Below, piece after piece: positions 28,026-35,645 of a stretch of DNA of 64,000 nucleotides. The notes below the pieces were generated by a model. The model was not told the origin of the DNA. It saw only the letters and a list, made by a program, of their open reading frames with translations, and ran no database searches. The position numbers and the translations under genes were made by a program. The DNA is from an uncultured Clostridia bacterium (GTDB taxonomy: Bacteria; Bacillota; Clostridia; TANB77; CAG-465): the NCBI GenBank assembly GCA_947628005.1, contig CANQYI010000003.1, positions 134,077 through 198,076 on the forward strand, written 5' to 3'. Every line of letters begins with the position of its first letter. Within the stretch, counting starts at the first letter, position 1.

Positions 28026-29825
28026 TTATTTATTTTCATTATTTGTCTTTTTGGTTTTAGCTATTGGTATTGTAATATAAAAAGTTGTGCCTTCGCCTGT
28101 TTGAGAATCAAAAGTTATATCACCATTAAAATTACCTTTAATAACAGAGTATGCTAAATATAATCCTAGACCTGTTCCTGCTATTCCCTTAGTTGTTAAA
28201 ATAGACTTAAATATATATGGCTTTACACTCTCGTCAAGTCCATCGCCAAAGTCCATTATTTTAATTAATGCCTGTCTCTTTGGTGCTTTTGTAATAATAA
28301 GGCTTATTTTTCCACCCTCTTTATCTTTATATGCTTGAGCAGAATTTACTACCATATTAGTTAATACTTGTCCTAATTTTGCTGGATCTCCTTCAACATA
28401 TAAATCATCTTCTACAGTTATTTCTAATTTAGCATTATATTTATTTACCTCATGCAAAGTTAAACATTTAACATCATCTAATACATCGCTAATTTTAAAT
28501 TTAACATTTATATTACTGCCTAAGTTTCTTATTTGATTTCTCATACTGTTTACAATGTTTATTATTTTATCAGCGCAATTGTCCATTCTATTTAATATTT
28601 CTTTTTCTTCATCACTAGAATCTTTTATGCTTAAATCTTTTAGCATTACTATTCCAGTTTTGATTGCAGATATTGGAGTATTTATATCATGTGCTACACC
28701 ACCAGCTACCTCACCTATTGATACTAGCTGTCCTTGTTTAACTATTATTTCCTGTTGCTCTTTTAGTTCTTTTAAGTTCTTCTTGTGCTCTGTTACATTC
28801 TTTATAAGTAATAAAACTCCTATACATTCTTGGGCTCTGTTTTTAGTCTTTATACTATTTATATCTACTTCATAATATTCTTCTATCTCTAAATTTTCAT
28901 CTATAAGGTCTAAATTATATTTTGAACTTTCATTAGCCACTATAGTTTCCAATATTTTAAGTGACAATTTGTTTAATTCTATATTACTGCTATTAGATAA
29001 AATATCTAATAGATTATCTTTATCATCTACATTTATCTTATCTAAAAATGAATTTTTGAACATCTTATTATAGTCTACAATTGTACCGTCATTTGATATT
29101 ACAACGAACGCATCTGTCATCGTATCAATAACTGCTTTTAAAGCTATTGGTGTTATTTTTAAAGAATTATATTTAAATATTGATATTGATACCAATATTG
29201 AAAATGATATAAATAATATTGGAATCAAATATACTGTTATAGATTGTATTTGGAAAATAGCTATTACATTTCCAGATATTAATGCAATTATTCCAAATAG
29301 AAGTAGTAATGTTGACTTAGAAAATAGCCCTGAACGTTTAATAACTCCTGATATCATTATTACTATAGAAATAGCAAACATTGTATAGGTATAAAATGCA
29401 TATAAGTAATATATTGGTCCATACACTATTTGATCTAAATTTATAGAGTATTTTATAAAAAATAAATTGTGAATATCATTTGTAAATATAATTATTAAAA
29501 ATAAAATTGGTATAATGTATAATATTTTTAATTTATTTATATATTTTTCCTCTTTTACATAACTCAATGCTACAAATAATAAGCATATTGGAGTAAAAGT
29601 TGCTCCGATGTATGTTATATATTCAAAATATATGTCCGGGACACTGGTATTTATAAATAAAATTTGAAAAATAAGAGCTAATGTGTGAACTATCAAAGTT
29701 ATATTTAGCCACGTAAAATATTTATATACTTTTGTTTTTTTATCTGATTTATTAAGAAAAAATGTCATTAATACAATTGCAAATAAAGAAATTAAAAGTA
29801 TAATAAGTCTTACATTAATCACCAT
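28026..29825 (-). CDS. orphan membrane sensor histidine kinase (about 6-TM N-domain, PAS-like segment, HisKA, HATPase_c)
   Basis: H-box AHDINTPISAIK, G-boxes (DFGDGL, GTGLGLYLAYSV). No cognate response regulator adjacent. ATG at 29825 after AAGGAGAG. Confidence 0.8.
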   Translation of the reverse strand: MVINVRLIILLISLFAIVLMTFFLNKSDKKTKVYKYFTWLNITLIVHTLALIFQILFINTSVPDIYFEYITYIGATFTPICLLFVALSYVKEEKYINKLKILYIIPILFLIIIFTNDIHNLFFIKYSINLDQIVYGPIYYLYAFYTYTMFAISIVIMISGVIKRSGLFSKSTLLLLFGIIALISGNVIAIFQIQSITVYLIPILFISFSILVSISIFKYNSLKITPIALKAVIDTMTDAFVVISNDGTIVDYNKMFKNSFLDKINVDDKDNLLDILSNSSNIELNKLSLKILETIVANESSKYNLDLIDENLEIEEYYEVDINSIKTKNRAQECIGVLLLIKNVTEHKKNLKELKEQQEIIVKQGQLVSIGEVAGGVAHDINTPISAIKTGIVMLKDLSIKDSSDEEKEILNRMDNCADKIINIVNSMRNQIRNLGSNINVKFKISDVLDDVKCLTLHEVNKYNAKLEITVEDDLYVEGDPAKLGQVLTNMVVNSAQAYKDKEGGKISLIITKAPKRQALIKIMDFGDGLDESVKPYIFKSILTTKGIAGTGLGLYLAYSVIKGNFNGDITFDSQTGEGTTFYITIPIAKTKKTNNENK

Positions 29826-29904
29826 TATCTCTCCTTTCACTATTAAAATTTAACTAATCTTTATATATATTTTATTCTAAAAGACATAATATTTCAACTT
29901 TTTT

Positions 29905-30609
29905 TTAAATAATGTCAAAATATCTTATATTATCTTTTAAGTACTTCTTACATTCATTATAGTCTGGAATGTATTTTTCTACTAGATTCCAAAACTTTTG
30001 ACTATGGTTAGGTTCTTTAAAGTGGCATAACTCATGTACAATTATATAGTCAGCTACATGAGATGGCAACATTGCAAGTTTTAAATTAAAATTTAAGCTT
30101 CTCTTTGATTTTACGGCACTTCCCCAAACTGTTTTTTGACATTTAATTGAGAGGCTGTTATATCTTTCATTCATAATATTACACCAATAAATAAGTCTTT
30201 TTTCAAGCAATATTTTGGTATTTTCTTTGAGGAAACTTTTTAAATTGCTTATAAAATAAGAGTAGCATTCACTATCGTTTACAGAGTTTGGAATATAAAA
30301 TAAAATTTCATCATCATTTAAATCTAACATAAATTGACTGAAATTCCAATATACATAATTTAATTTTCTCAAAGTTCCAAATATAAGTATTTCTTCTTTA
30401 TTATCTACTTGAATTTTTCTATAAATTTCATAAATCTTTTCCTTATTTTCAAGTAAAAATTCATTTGCCCTATTTTTAGATATTCTTTCAGGCTTAGATA
30501 ATCTTATATAATTTTTATTAACAGATATACTAATTCTTTTATAATTTCTACTAGAAACAATTTTTATTGGAAGTTTTACATCTTTATAGTCGAAATATTC
30601 ATGATTCAT
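29905..30609 (-). CDS. DUF45/YgjP-like (M48-type) metal-dependent hydrolase
   Basis: HELCHF HExxH motif near the C-terminus and overall about 230-aa architecture typical of DUF45/SprT-like proteins. Confidence 0.65.
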   Translation of the reverse strand: MNHEYFDYKDVKLPIKIVSSRNYKRISISVNKNYIRLSKPERISKNRANEFLLENKEKIYEIYRKIQVDNKEEILIFGTLRKLNYVYWNFSQFMLDLNDDEILFYIPNSVNDSECYSYFISNLKSFLKENTKILLEKRLIYWCNIMNERYNSLSIKCQKTVWGSAVKSKRSLNFNLKLAMLPSHVADYIIVHELCHFKEPNHSQKFWNLVEKYIPDYNECKKYLKDNIRYFDII

Positions 30610-30727
30610 ATTGTACCTCTAACGTTTTTAGATTATCATATTTACTTGCTTTTTTCAATAGCTTGAGAGGCAATTATTTTAACTAATACTAAGTACTGAA
30701 AAAGTATAAATATTTATAAAAAAAGTG

Positions 30728-30756
30728 TTGACAAAAATATTATTTTCGGTTATAAT
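30728..30756 (+). promoter_or_regulatory. sigma-A promoter of the tRNA operon (TTGACA-17-TATAAT)
   Basis: Consensus hexamers with 17-nt spacer, 20 nt upstream of tRNA-Val. Confidence 0.6.
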
Positions 30757-30775
30757 TGTATATGTCAACGAAAGT

Positions 30776-30851
30776 GGGCGCTTAGCTCAGTTGGGAGAGC
30801 ATCTGCCTTACAAGCAGGGGGTCACAGGTTCGAGCCCTGTAGTGCCCACCA
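30776..30851 (+). tRNA. tRNA-Val (anticodon TAC), CCA encoded
   Basis: Cloverleaf folds by hand: acceptor gggcgct/agtgccc, anticodon loop cTTACAa, T-loop GGTTCGAGC. Confidence 0.85.
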
Positions 30852-30871
30852 CTTTTTTTATTATTGTTTTT

Positions 30872-30948
30872 GGCCTGGTAGTTCAGTTGGTTAGAACGCT
30901 AGCCTGTCACGCTAGAGGTCGTGGGTTCGAGCCCCATTCAGGTCGCCA
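30872..30948 (+). tRNA. tRNA-Asp (anticodon GTC), CCA encoded
   Basis: Acceptor ggcctgg/tcaggtc, anticodon loop cTGTCAc, T-loop GGTTCGAGC. Confidence 0.85.
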
Positions 30949-30961
30949 TTTTTTTATAAGT

Positions 30962-31037
<76 letters not shown>

Positions 31038-31047
31038 TTATTTTTTT

Positions 31048-31123
31048 GCGGGAGTAGCTCAGTTGATAGAGCGCCGCCTTGCCAAGGCGGAGGTCGCGGG
31101 TTTGAGCCCCGTCTCCCGCTCCA
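31048..31123 (+). tRNA. tRNA-Gly (anticodon GCC), CCA encoded
   Basis: Acceptor gcgggag/ctcccgc, anticodon loop tTGCCAa, T-loop GGTTTGAGC. Confidence 0.85.
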
Positions 31124-31173
31124 TTTGTTTTATAAGTTCTATTTATTTTATTTATGAATATACTTTATTAAAT

Positions 31174-31247
31174 GGCGCCATAGCCAAGTGGTAAGGCACG
31201 GCTCTGCAAAAGCCTGATCATCAGTTCAAATCTGATTGGCGCCTCCA
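31174..31247 (+). tRNA. tRNA-Cys (anticodon GCA), CCA encoded
   Basis: Acceptor ggcgcca/tggcgcc, anticodon loop cTGCAAa, T-loop AGTTCAAATCT. Confidence 0.85.
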
Positions 31248-31251
31248 AACG

Positions 31252-31306
31252 ACAAAAAATGACAAATTTCTAACATTAAGTTAAAATTTTGTCATTTTTT
31301 TATTCT
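31252..31306. terminator. bidirectional terminator-like hairpin after the tRNA cluster (left copy of a duplicated hairpin)
   Basis: acaaaaaatgacaaa ... tttgtcattttttt. Near-identical arms recur at 35601-35645. Confidence 0.5.
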
Positions 31307-31398
31307 CTTAGAGCTATCTGCATTTTACATTAAAACTCTCTTTTTGTTTTTCATTGAAATATATTGTAATTTTTTGTATTTTTATATAATCTTCCAGT

Positions 31399-31423
31399 AG
31401 TTACATTAAAATTACATTAAAAA
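31399..31423. repeat. 25-bp direct repeat AGTTACATTAAAATTACATTAAAAA, left copy
   Basis: Perfect identity with 32798-32822. Internal tandem TTACATTAAA x2. Additional single TTACATTAAA copies at about 31328 and 31435. Confidence 0.8.
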
Positions 31424-31498
31424 AACGCTTTTATTACATTAAAGATTGAAAAAACATTCAATTTTGGGTTTACTCATTTGACTTATACATATTATAAT

Positions 31499-32128
31499 TT
31501 ATCTTTCCTCTCCATACTCATATTCTTCATATTTATTAATTGCTCTTTTTAGACCTGCTTCTTTTGCTATTCTCAAATAGTGTTCTGATAATCTATAATT
31601 TCTATCTGTTCCTTTCCCATTATAGTAAAAGTTCGCACCCAAATCATATATGGCTGCAATGTGTCCTTTATTTGCACATTCTTTAATTATTTCAAATGCT
31701 TTTTTATAATCTTTTTCTATTCCACCTAGTCCAAAATAATAATATGCACCTGTAACAAATTGAGCATAAATTCTTTCAATTTCACCTATGTCTTGTGAAT
31801 TTATTAAACTTATTATTTGTGGATAAGCTTGTTGTAACAATTTGTTTCCCTTTTCTTCATCTATTGGTAGTGCATTCCCTAAACCTAATTCATAAGAAAT
31901 TCCTAAAGAATATTTGCATAATGGATAATCTAAATGATAACCTTTTTTATAGTATTCCAACGCAATATCATAATCTTGCTCAGCTCCATTTTCTTCTAAG
32001 TCATAACTTCGACCTAAAATATAATAAGAAAACCCATCTTGTTCTTTTTTCAATTTATCTAAATCAAATTTAATTATATCCATATATTTTCTCCTTAAAT
32101 TGCTATATTTTATAATAATGTTATCCAA
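31499..32128 (-). CDS. Sel1-like (TPR-family) repeat protein
   Basis: Repeated A-x-x-Y-Y-x-x-G / GLG / NKGHIAAIYDLGANFYYNGKG Sel1 repeat signatures. Start overlaps the 3' end of the upstream toxin gene by 19 nt. Confidence 0.65.
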   Translation of the reverse strand: MDNIIIKYSNLRRKYMDIIKFDLDKLKKEQDGFSYYILGRSYDLEENGAEQDYDIALEYYKKGYHLDYPLCKYSLGISYELGLGNALPIDEEKGNKLLQQAYPQIISLINSQDIGEIERIYAQFVTGAYYYFGLGGIEKDYKKAFEIIKECANKGHIAAIYDLGANFYYNGKGTDRNYRLSEHYLRIAKEAGLKRAINKYEEYEYGEER

Positions 32129-32424
32129 TTTCTTCTTCCATACATAACTCTTACAATTTGTATATTTTCATCATTTATTCTATAAAAAACAATATAATTA
32201 TCAACTACTAGTTTCCTAATTTTAAATCTTTTGATTATATCATCATCTATAACAGAATACATTTCTGGATTATCTTTTAAACTATCTATTTCATTTTTTA
32301 TGTTTGTAATTAATTTTTGAGCAGTATTAGGTTCTTGTAAATTATATTTAATGTATCGTTTTATATCTATTAAATCTTGTTTTGCTTCCATTGAATATTC
32401 TATATTATATTTTTTCAAAGGCAA
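32110..32424 (-). CDS. type II toxin, RelE/ParE family
   Basis: About 100-aa basic protein with RelE/ParE-like C-terminus (IVFYRINDENIQIVRVMYGRRN), immediately downstream of a Phd/YefM antitoxin gene. Confidence 0.7.
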   Translation of the reverse strand: MPLKKYNIEYSMEAKQDLIDIKRYIKYNLQEPNTAQKLITNIKNEIDSLKDNPEMYSVIDDDIIKRFKIRKLVVDNYIVFYRINDENIQIVRVMYGRRNWITLL

Positions 32425-32438
32425 ATCCTCTTTCTTTT

Positions 32439-32693
32439 TTAAATTTTATCTAACTCGTCAAAAACTTCTTTTGATGAATATTTTTTGCCATTTTCTAATG
32501 ACTTAATTCCTTTTTCTAATTCTTTATATAAAGCATACTTATCTGTTAAAAGTTCGTATAACTCAATACTCATTACTGCTAAATCTCCTGCACCATTTTT
32601 AGTAATATATACTGGACTATTTGTTTGATGGCAAATTGTAGAAATTTCATTATAATTATTTCTTAAATCAGAACTTGGTCTAATAATTGGCAT
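32439..32693 (-). CDS. type II antitoxin, Phd/YefM family
   Basis: MPIIRPSSDLRNNYNEIS...PVYITKNG...AVMSIELYE is a classic Phd/YefM N-terminus. ATG at 32693 7 nt after GGAGGTG. TTGACT-17-TAAAAT promoter at about 32725-32760 (minus). Confidence 0.75.
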   Translation of the reverse strand: MPIIRPSSDLRNNYNEISTICHQTNSPVYITKNGAGDLAVMSIELYELLTDKYALYKELEKGIKSLENGKKYSSKEVFDELDKI

Positions 32694-32797
32694 ACTAAAC
32701 ACCTCCATAAATATTATATACATATTTTATCAAAATATTGATATATAGTCAATGCTTTTCAATTAATTTTATTTTTAAAATTTACAAACGCAATCCT

Positions 32798-32822
32798 AGT
32801 TACATTAAAATTACATTAAAAA
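32798..32822. repeat. 25-bp direct repeat AGTTACATTAAAATTACATTAAAAA, right copy
   Basis: Identical to 31399-31423. Lies about 105 nt upstream of the antitoxin start. Confidence 0.8.
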
Positions 32823-33196
32823 TTGCTTTCTGTATCTTAAAAGTGTTGATATTACTATAACTTCAAAAATATTAAACCGGAGTACGCCTCCAAAGTATTT
32901 TTTAAATTTCACAGATTTTTAAGAATTCTGTGAAATTTTCATATCTGTCCAAAGCTTTTTATATCAAGCATTTCAATTTTTTATAATTTTCCCAAACTAC
33001 ATTAACATTTTTACAAATATTAACAAATAATGATTTTTATATATAAAAATACTCCTCCAGTTAGAATACTTGGTTTTGATTTTAATATTTTTTATGAAAT
33101 ATATAATATAATTTATTTGTATAAATATATTGGCTTTTACAAACGTTCGCTTTATGATGTAAGCAACTTTTACACAAGGAAGGAATTAAGTTATTT

Positions 33197-34159
33197 ATGA
33201 ATAATCTCACTAATATTGAGCCAGTAAATAAAGAATTAAATTTAGTAAAATATGAAACAGTTGATATTAAGAATTTAATTTATTGCATTAGAGGAAAACA
33301 AGTTATGCTAGATAGCGACGTAGCAATGTTATATCATTATCAAACTAAAAGAATAAATGAAACAGTTATTAGAAATAAGGAAAGATTTCCAGAAAATTTT
33401 TGTTTTCAGTTAACAGAAGATGAGTTTTCATGTTTAAGGTCGCAATTTGCGACTTCAAACGATAAAGAAAATAACTGGTCGCAATTTGCGACCAGTTCAA
33501 AAAATGATAATAGCAAGCATAGAGGAAAAAAATATTTGCCATATGTCTTTACAGAGCAAGGTATAGCAATGCTTTCTGGTCTATTAAAAAATGAAATTGC
33601 AGTTCAAGTAAGTATAAACATAATGAATGCATTTGTTGAAATGAGAAAATTTATTTCCATAAATGGACAAGTTTTTGAAAGATTAACAAATGTTGAATAT
33701 AGATTATTAGAACATGATAATAAATTCAATCAAATATTTAATGAATTACAAAAGAATAAAGAACAAGAATTTAAACAAAAAATATTTTTTAAGGGACAAA
33801 TATGGGATAGCTATGAACTAATAATTGATATTATAAAAACAGCACAAAGTAAAATAGTAATAATAGATAATTATATAGACGATACTATTCTTAAAATGAT
33901 TCAAAAGAAAAATAAAAATGTTGAAGTAATTATTTTAACTTCACAAAATTGTAATATAACAAAGCTAGATATTAAGAAGTTTAATGAACAATATGGAGTA
34001 TTAAAAATAGAACTAACAGATAAATTTCATGATAGATTTATTATTATAGATAATAAAGAGCTTTATCATTGTGGAGCATCACTCAAAGATTTGGGTAAAA
34101 AATGTTTTGGAATTAACAAAATAGAAGAAATAGAATTTATAGAAAATATAATTAAATAA
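33197..34159 (+). CDS. ORF6N/ORF6C-domain protein (phage antirepressor-like DNA-binding protein)
   Basis: N-terminus IYCIRGKQVMLDSDVAMLYHYQTKRINETVIRNKERFPENFCFQLTEDEF...LRSQFATS...KYLPYVFTEQGIAMLSGLLKN matches the ORF6N domain. The C-terminal about 170 aa resembles the ORF6C partner domain. The SQFATS segment is internally duplicated. Confidence 0.7.
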   Translation: MNNLTNIEPVNKELNLVKYETVDIKNLIYCIRGKQVMLDSDVAMLYHYQTKRINETVIRNKERFPENFCFQLTEDEFSCLRSQFATSNDKENNWSQFATSSKNDNSKHRGKKYLPYVFTEQGIAMLSGLLKNEIAVQVSINIMNAFVEMRKFISINGQVFERLTNVEYRLLEHDNKFNQIFNELQKNKEQEFKQKIFFKGQIWDSYELIIDIIKTAQSKIVIIDNYIDDTILKMIQKKNKNVEVIILTSQNCNITKLDIKKFNEQYGVLKIELTDKFHDRFIIIDNKELYHCGASLKDLGKKCFGINKIEEIEFIENIIK

Positions 34160-34359
34160 GTGGCTTAAAATACGTTGAAAAAATCAACAATATATGCTAT
34201 AATAATATCGTTATCTGTATCATGAACTACTATGATTATAGTAACTATTTAGTAATGATTGAAACTATATTTTTTGTTTCTATTAAAACTAAACAAAACC
34301 TTAATACAAGCATACTGCCATAGTGCTTGTAAAAAAATAATTTTATGGAGGTGTTAATT

Positions 34360-35106
34360 ATGGCAGAAAGAGTATCAAAAGAAGTTCCAATTGCGGAACG
34401 GTTAATCGAGTTTGGAAAGGATGATTTCAATGAGAATTTTTCACTTTCTGAAATTTCTGAAAGTTTAATTACTCAGAAAATACTTGAAGAGTTTGCAGAA
34501 AATGCTTTAGTTCTTATTGACGGTACAGACATTCTGCAGTACGCAAATGAATATCCTATTGTTGTATATCAGTGCAACGAAAATATTTGCTATGAAAGTA
34601 TAACACCTGAACCTCGTCTCAACAGCTTTGTACTGAGCATTGCGGTATCAACAGGTGTGAGTGGCAAAAGATTTTCGGTTAGCTCTGGAAAAATGAAAGC
34701 TGACATTAACGATTTCGATACCATTGCTTACTATGAAGATTCAGTTGGCATCAAGCATAAGATTATTCAGTATGACATTTGCAAGTTCTTGCTGAAAAAG
34801 CCTAAGCTTGTTGTCTCTGAGGAAGGTGTTCTTGTTTTCTTTACTGAAGACCAAATTTTAGCAACAATTGACTGTCAGCAGTATGTATGGGTTCGTTGGG
34901 ACGACATCATTAAAAATTGCACAAGCATTGAAAACATTACCGCATATCACGAGTATTGTGAAGTAACTCTTGTTGAGGGCGAAGATGTTTATGATAATTT
35001 AGGTAAAATTTTTAAAAAAGCCCCCAGACACGTTTTAAATCTGAACTTCAATTTGAAGGTAGCAGACCATAACATGATAAATCCTGAATTTACGAAAAAA
35101 TCGTAA
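34360..35106 (+). CDS. hypothetical protein (249 aa), GC-atypical (about 37-38% GC) cargo gene
   Basis: ATG 6 nt after GGAGGTG. Own TTGAAA-17-TATAAT promoter at 34175-34203 with a roughly 150-nt leader. No motif recognised. Codon usage differs from the flanks. Confidence 0.5.
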   Translation: MAERVSKEVPIAERLIEFGKDDFNENFSLSEISESLITQKILEEFAENALVLIDGTDILQYANEYPIVVYQCNENICYESITPEPRLNSFVLSIAVSTGVSGKRFSVSSGKMKADINDFDTIAYYEDSVGIKHKIIQYDICKFLLKKPKLVVSEEGVLVFFTEDQILATIDCQQYVWVRWDDIIKNCTSIENITAYHEYCEVTLVEGEDVYDNLGKIFKKAPRHVLNLNFNLKVADHNMINPEFTKKS

Positions 35107-35179
35107 TCAAAAAAGCTCTAAGATACTACAAACTCCTCAATCACAATATGTGGTTGGGGATGTTTGCATTTAATTATTT

Positions 35180-35464
35180 TTATATTAGTGTATCAGTTTG
35201 TCTAAGTTTACCATCTTTTGCTCTCATTTTTAACTGTACGATATTTTCGTACAGTTGACTACATTTTGTAATCAACTCAGATCCTTCTTTTTTCAATCTT
35301 AACTTTAATACAGGCCAATATTTTCTTGGTTTATTACTATCTGTTAATGCTGATATAACATCAACAACACTAAAATAATAATCTTCTTTTGTAGAATCCC
35401 AAATACTCCTAATTTCCTTACCTTCAAATAAATTTGAAATTGTATCTAACTTATTGCTTTCCAA
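35180..35464 (-). CDS. Bro-N/DinD-like domain protein (short, possibly a remnant)
   Basis: LFEGKEIRSIWDSTKEDYYFSVVDVISALTDSNKPRKYW matches the Bro-N / KilA-N-like pattern (F.G..IR.i..dge.wF...DV..aL). Best start is the TTG at 35464, 7 nt after AGGAGG. Confidence 0.5.
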   Translation of the reverse strand: MESNKLDTISNLFEGKEIRSIWDSTKEDYYFSVVDVISALTDSNKPRKYWPVLKLRLKKEGSELITKCSQLYENIVQLKMRAKDGKLRQTDTLI

Positions 35465-35597
35465 TATACATCCTCCTTTATTAAAAATATAAATCACTAA
35501 TAACTGTAGATATTATGCAAAATATCTGTTCCGTTTTCAATATTTTCATATAACTTTTTAATAATTTATTTTTTTATTAGGAAATAGTGCACACTCA

Positions 35598-35645
35598 CAA
35601 ACAAAAAATGACAAAACTACAACTCAGTGTGTTTTGTCATTTTTT
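35598..35645. terminator. terminator hairpin of the GGDEF-EAL gene (right copy of the duplicated hairpin)
   Basis: acaaaaaatgacaaaac-N13-gttttgtcatttttt. Arms nearly identical to those of 31252-31306. Confidence 0.55.

Noticed and set aside
33135-33155. Possible LexA (Cheo) box in tttacaaacgttcgct upstream of ORF6N
   Set aside because: Only one half-site resembles GAAC/GTTC and the second half is GTAA, so there is insufficient dyad symmetry.
35497-35497. GTG start for the Bro-N-like gene as given in the ORF track
   Set aside because: The AGGAGG RBS lies inside that reading frame. The TTG 7 nt downstream of it at 35464 is the more plausible initiation codon.
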